Shown here: one piece after another, positions 61,918 to 64,000 of the stretch
How positions within the stretch are numbered: position 1 is the stretch's first letter
How the letters are laid out: every line of letters begins with the position of its first letter
Assembly (NCBI GenBank): GCA_963749155.1
Contig: CAVVLO010000001.1
Span: 832,001 to 896,000, forward strand
Direction of reading: 5' to 3'
Source: an uncultured Armatimonadia bacterium
GTDB lineage: Bacteria; Armatimonadota; Zipacnadia; CAVVLO01
DNA: 64,000 nt
Notes under the pieces: model-generated
Told to the model about the DNA's origin: nothing
Database searches by the model: none
The model's input: the letters and a program-made list of their open reading frames with translations, nothing else
Position numbers and translations under genes: made by a program

Positions 61918-64000
61918 TTAACTCAGGTGGGGCGCGGCGTTAACCCCTGCAGGCTCTTCCAGTCCCAGCAGCAGGTCGGCTAGCAGTATAGCGCCCGCTT
62001 TGTCCAAAGGCTGATTGCCGCTGCCGCACTGAGGCGAATAGATACAGGCTGGGCAGCCCTCATCACAGGGACATTCAGCGATATGTTGACGAGTTGCCGC
62101 AAGCACTTGTTCGAACTGCTCGGCCAGCTCCTCGGACAGGCCCGAACCGCCCGGGTAAGCATCATAAACAAAAAGTCCTGCTTCTCCTGCAAGCTGAGGA
62201 TGGGCAAGCGAAGATGCGCCTTCCAGATCGAAAGGTTCGCAGGAGACAAAAGCCGGAGAGAGGGCAATGAGAGCGTGTTCCAGCGCGTGAAGCGCGCCCA
62301 GTGGGTCACATCCGCGCTCTGCCAGCCTGGCCAGGTGCGGCTTGGGGACAGAAAACCACAACCCAAAAGTTTCATATTCGCTCGGGGGCAGTTCGAGGGG
62401 AAGCGTCTCAAGCACGCTATGGTCGGCCGCGCGCAGCTTGCTGTAGCCGACTACCTGACCGCGCACCACCAGCTCTCCAAAAGCCAGCCGAGTCAGGCCA
62501 ATCTCCCAGGAAGCCTCCTCGGCCAGTATCTCGGTCTCTGTGCGAGTCATCGCGCGCGTGAAGAAGCTGACGTCATCCTGCCTGACATAAGCGGTGCGGC
62601 GCTCGAAATCCAGCTTGAGCACCACATGGGAGACCCCTTGATGCAGATAGACGGCGCCTTCATGCAGGAAGAGAGACGCCATCGCGGCATCTACCGTGCC
62701 CATAAGCTGGCCCTTCTCGTCATGGATCTCAAAGGCTTGTCCTGAGGCCGAACGCAGATTGACCTCGGCGGCGGGGCTTTCGAGCCCTGTCCAGTACCAT
62801 TCCTTGCGTTCAGGCTTGGCGGAGAGATAGCCAGCCTCGGCCAGCACATCGGCCAGTGCTTCGGCGGTAGGCCCGAAAAGGGGCAAGTCCTGTTCGCGCA
62901 GAGGCACCTCGTGGGCCGCGCACAAGAGATGCGCCGCCAGCACAAACCGGTTGTGCGGATTCACCACGGCTCGTTCGGTGGGGGAAGAGAGCAAAGCCTC
63001 TGGGCGCTTCAGATAATACTGGTCAAGTGGCCCACCTGCCGCCATTAGCACTCCGAGCGCCTCTCGGGCGCCTCTGCCCGCCCTGCCAAACTGCTGCCAG
63101 AAGCTCGCCAGCGACCCCGGGAAACCAAGCAAGCAGCGCCGCATCCAGCCCGCCAACGTCGATCCCGACCTCAAGCGCGCTAGTGCTTACAACTGACAGC
63201 AATTCGCCATCGAAGAGTTGCTGTTCTATCTCCCGGCGCTCTTCGGGCAAATAGCCAGAGCGATAGGGGCGTATCTGTTTGGCCAGGCTGCGCGTCTTGC
63301 GATCCTGCCTGGTGGCTTCTTTGATACTGCGCAAGAGCAACTCGACCAGCACCCGCGCCTGGCAGAAGGTGATACTGCGCAACTCATCCTGCATAAGCTC
63401 CAGCACCAGATCGCGCGCTTCGGCCAGATAGTTGCGTCTCATCAGCCCGTCGGCCCGTTTCATCAACCTGGGATTCCAAAAAAGCAGTGTCCGCTCTCCA
63501 GCCGGAGAGCCGTCCTGTTCTATCAACTCCACTGACTCGCCCAGCAAGCCTTCAATCAGCTCTCGGGCATTGGCGACTGTGGCCGAGCAAAATACAAAAG
63601 TCGGCGAGGCACCGTGATATTCTGCAACACGCCGCAGTCTTCGTATTACATTGGCTACGTGAGAGCCAAATAGTCCTCGGTATTGGTGCACTTCATCGAA
63701 GACGACATATTTCAGATGGCTGAACAGACTCGTCCAGAGCGTGTGGTTGGGCAGGATGCCCAGGTGCAACATATCGGGATTCGTCAAGATGACAGGGGCT
63801 TGTGCCCGCAGGTCTCGCCGGTCCTGTCGAGGCGTGTCACCATCATAAGTTGCGGCGTGCAGGAAGAGTTCGGCTTCAAGCTCGCGCAGTTTGCGAAGTT
63901 GATCCTGGGCCAGAGCTTTGGTGGGGAAGACATATAAAGCGCGGCTGGTGCGCTGGCGCTCGAAAGCTTCCAGCACCGCCAGGTTGTAGCACAAGGTCTT
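61918..64000 (-). CDS. DEAH-box helicase with DUF1998 (YprA/MrfA/Hrq1-like); 5'-partial; +1 frameshift at ~63127
   Basis: KTLCYNL, PTKALAQDQ, TNPDMLH, DEVH, SAT, TSALE.GIDVG, QxxGRAGR, HEGAVY, CxCxxGCPxC. Confidence 0.92.

Noticed and set aside
1..64000. Alternative genetic code or stop-codon read-through
   Set aside because: TAA, TAG and TGA all end conserved genes at expected places; CGG, CGA, AGG and AGA occur at conserved Arg sites in rpsB, frr and uppS; gene splits are frame changes, not in-frame stops.
61918..64000. DUF1998 helicase as an anti-phage system (DISARM/Druantia-like)
   Set aside because: Single YprA/MrfA-type protein with no methylase, PLD or second helicase in view; upstream context is outside the window.
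1..64000. CRISPR arrays, tRNA/rRNA genes, IS elements
   Set aside because: Intergenic gaps are short, and I saw no spaced direct repeats, cloverleaf-like segments or transposase/integrase ORFs by eye; tRNAscan or Infernal would be needed to exclude small RNAs.

Overview
GC-rich bacterial chromosomal window using the standard genetic code 11. The gene content (cdaA-cdaR, four-subunit POR, DUF6785-like membrane protein, many secreted glycoside-hydrolase-like proteins) suggests an anaerobic Terrabacteria-type lineage, possibly Armatimonadota; this is inference only. The first ~32 kb is mostly housekeeping: PBP1A tail, mrdA, rpsB-tsf-pyrH-frr-(PASTA-like)-ferredoxin-uppS-(CdsA-like)-dxr-rseP-ispG-argA-like-proS, recR-porCDAB, cysS-formyltransferase-hisI and ispA-ispH-PHP-PHP. 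From ~32 kb it is rich in CAZyme-like genes (GH38, DUF6259-like, GH2, GH84, GH15-like, DUF5060/GH5-like, GxGYxYP, beta-propeller). It also holds cdaA-cdaR, comEA-comEC, an IscU-like gene, a DUF39 homocysteine-synthesis gene and a DUF1998 DEAH helicase running off the end. About 15-19 single-base frameshifts split genes only after ~33.4 kb and look like long-read indel errors. The best leads are: a sigma54-type promoter at an apparently leaderless comEA-comEC whose MBL domain has lost most metal ligands, followed by a six-hairpin glycosidase; two small ORFs with consensus SD sites, missing from the ORF track, behind the homocysteine gene (one a 13-aa Met-rich peptide ending inside a terminator stem); and several active-site-degenerate homologues (CdsA-like, IscU-like, HisI). 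No tRNA, rRNA, CRISPR array or mobile element was seen. All family assignments are by eye from motifs, not database searches.
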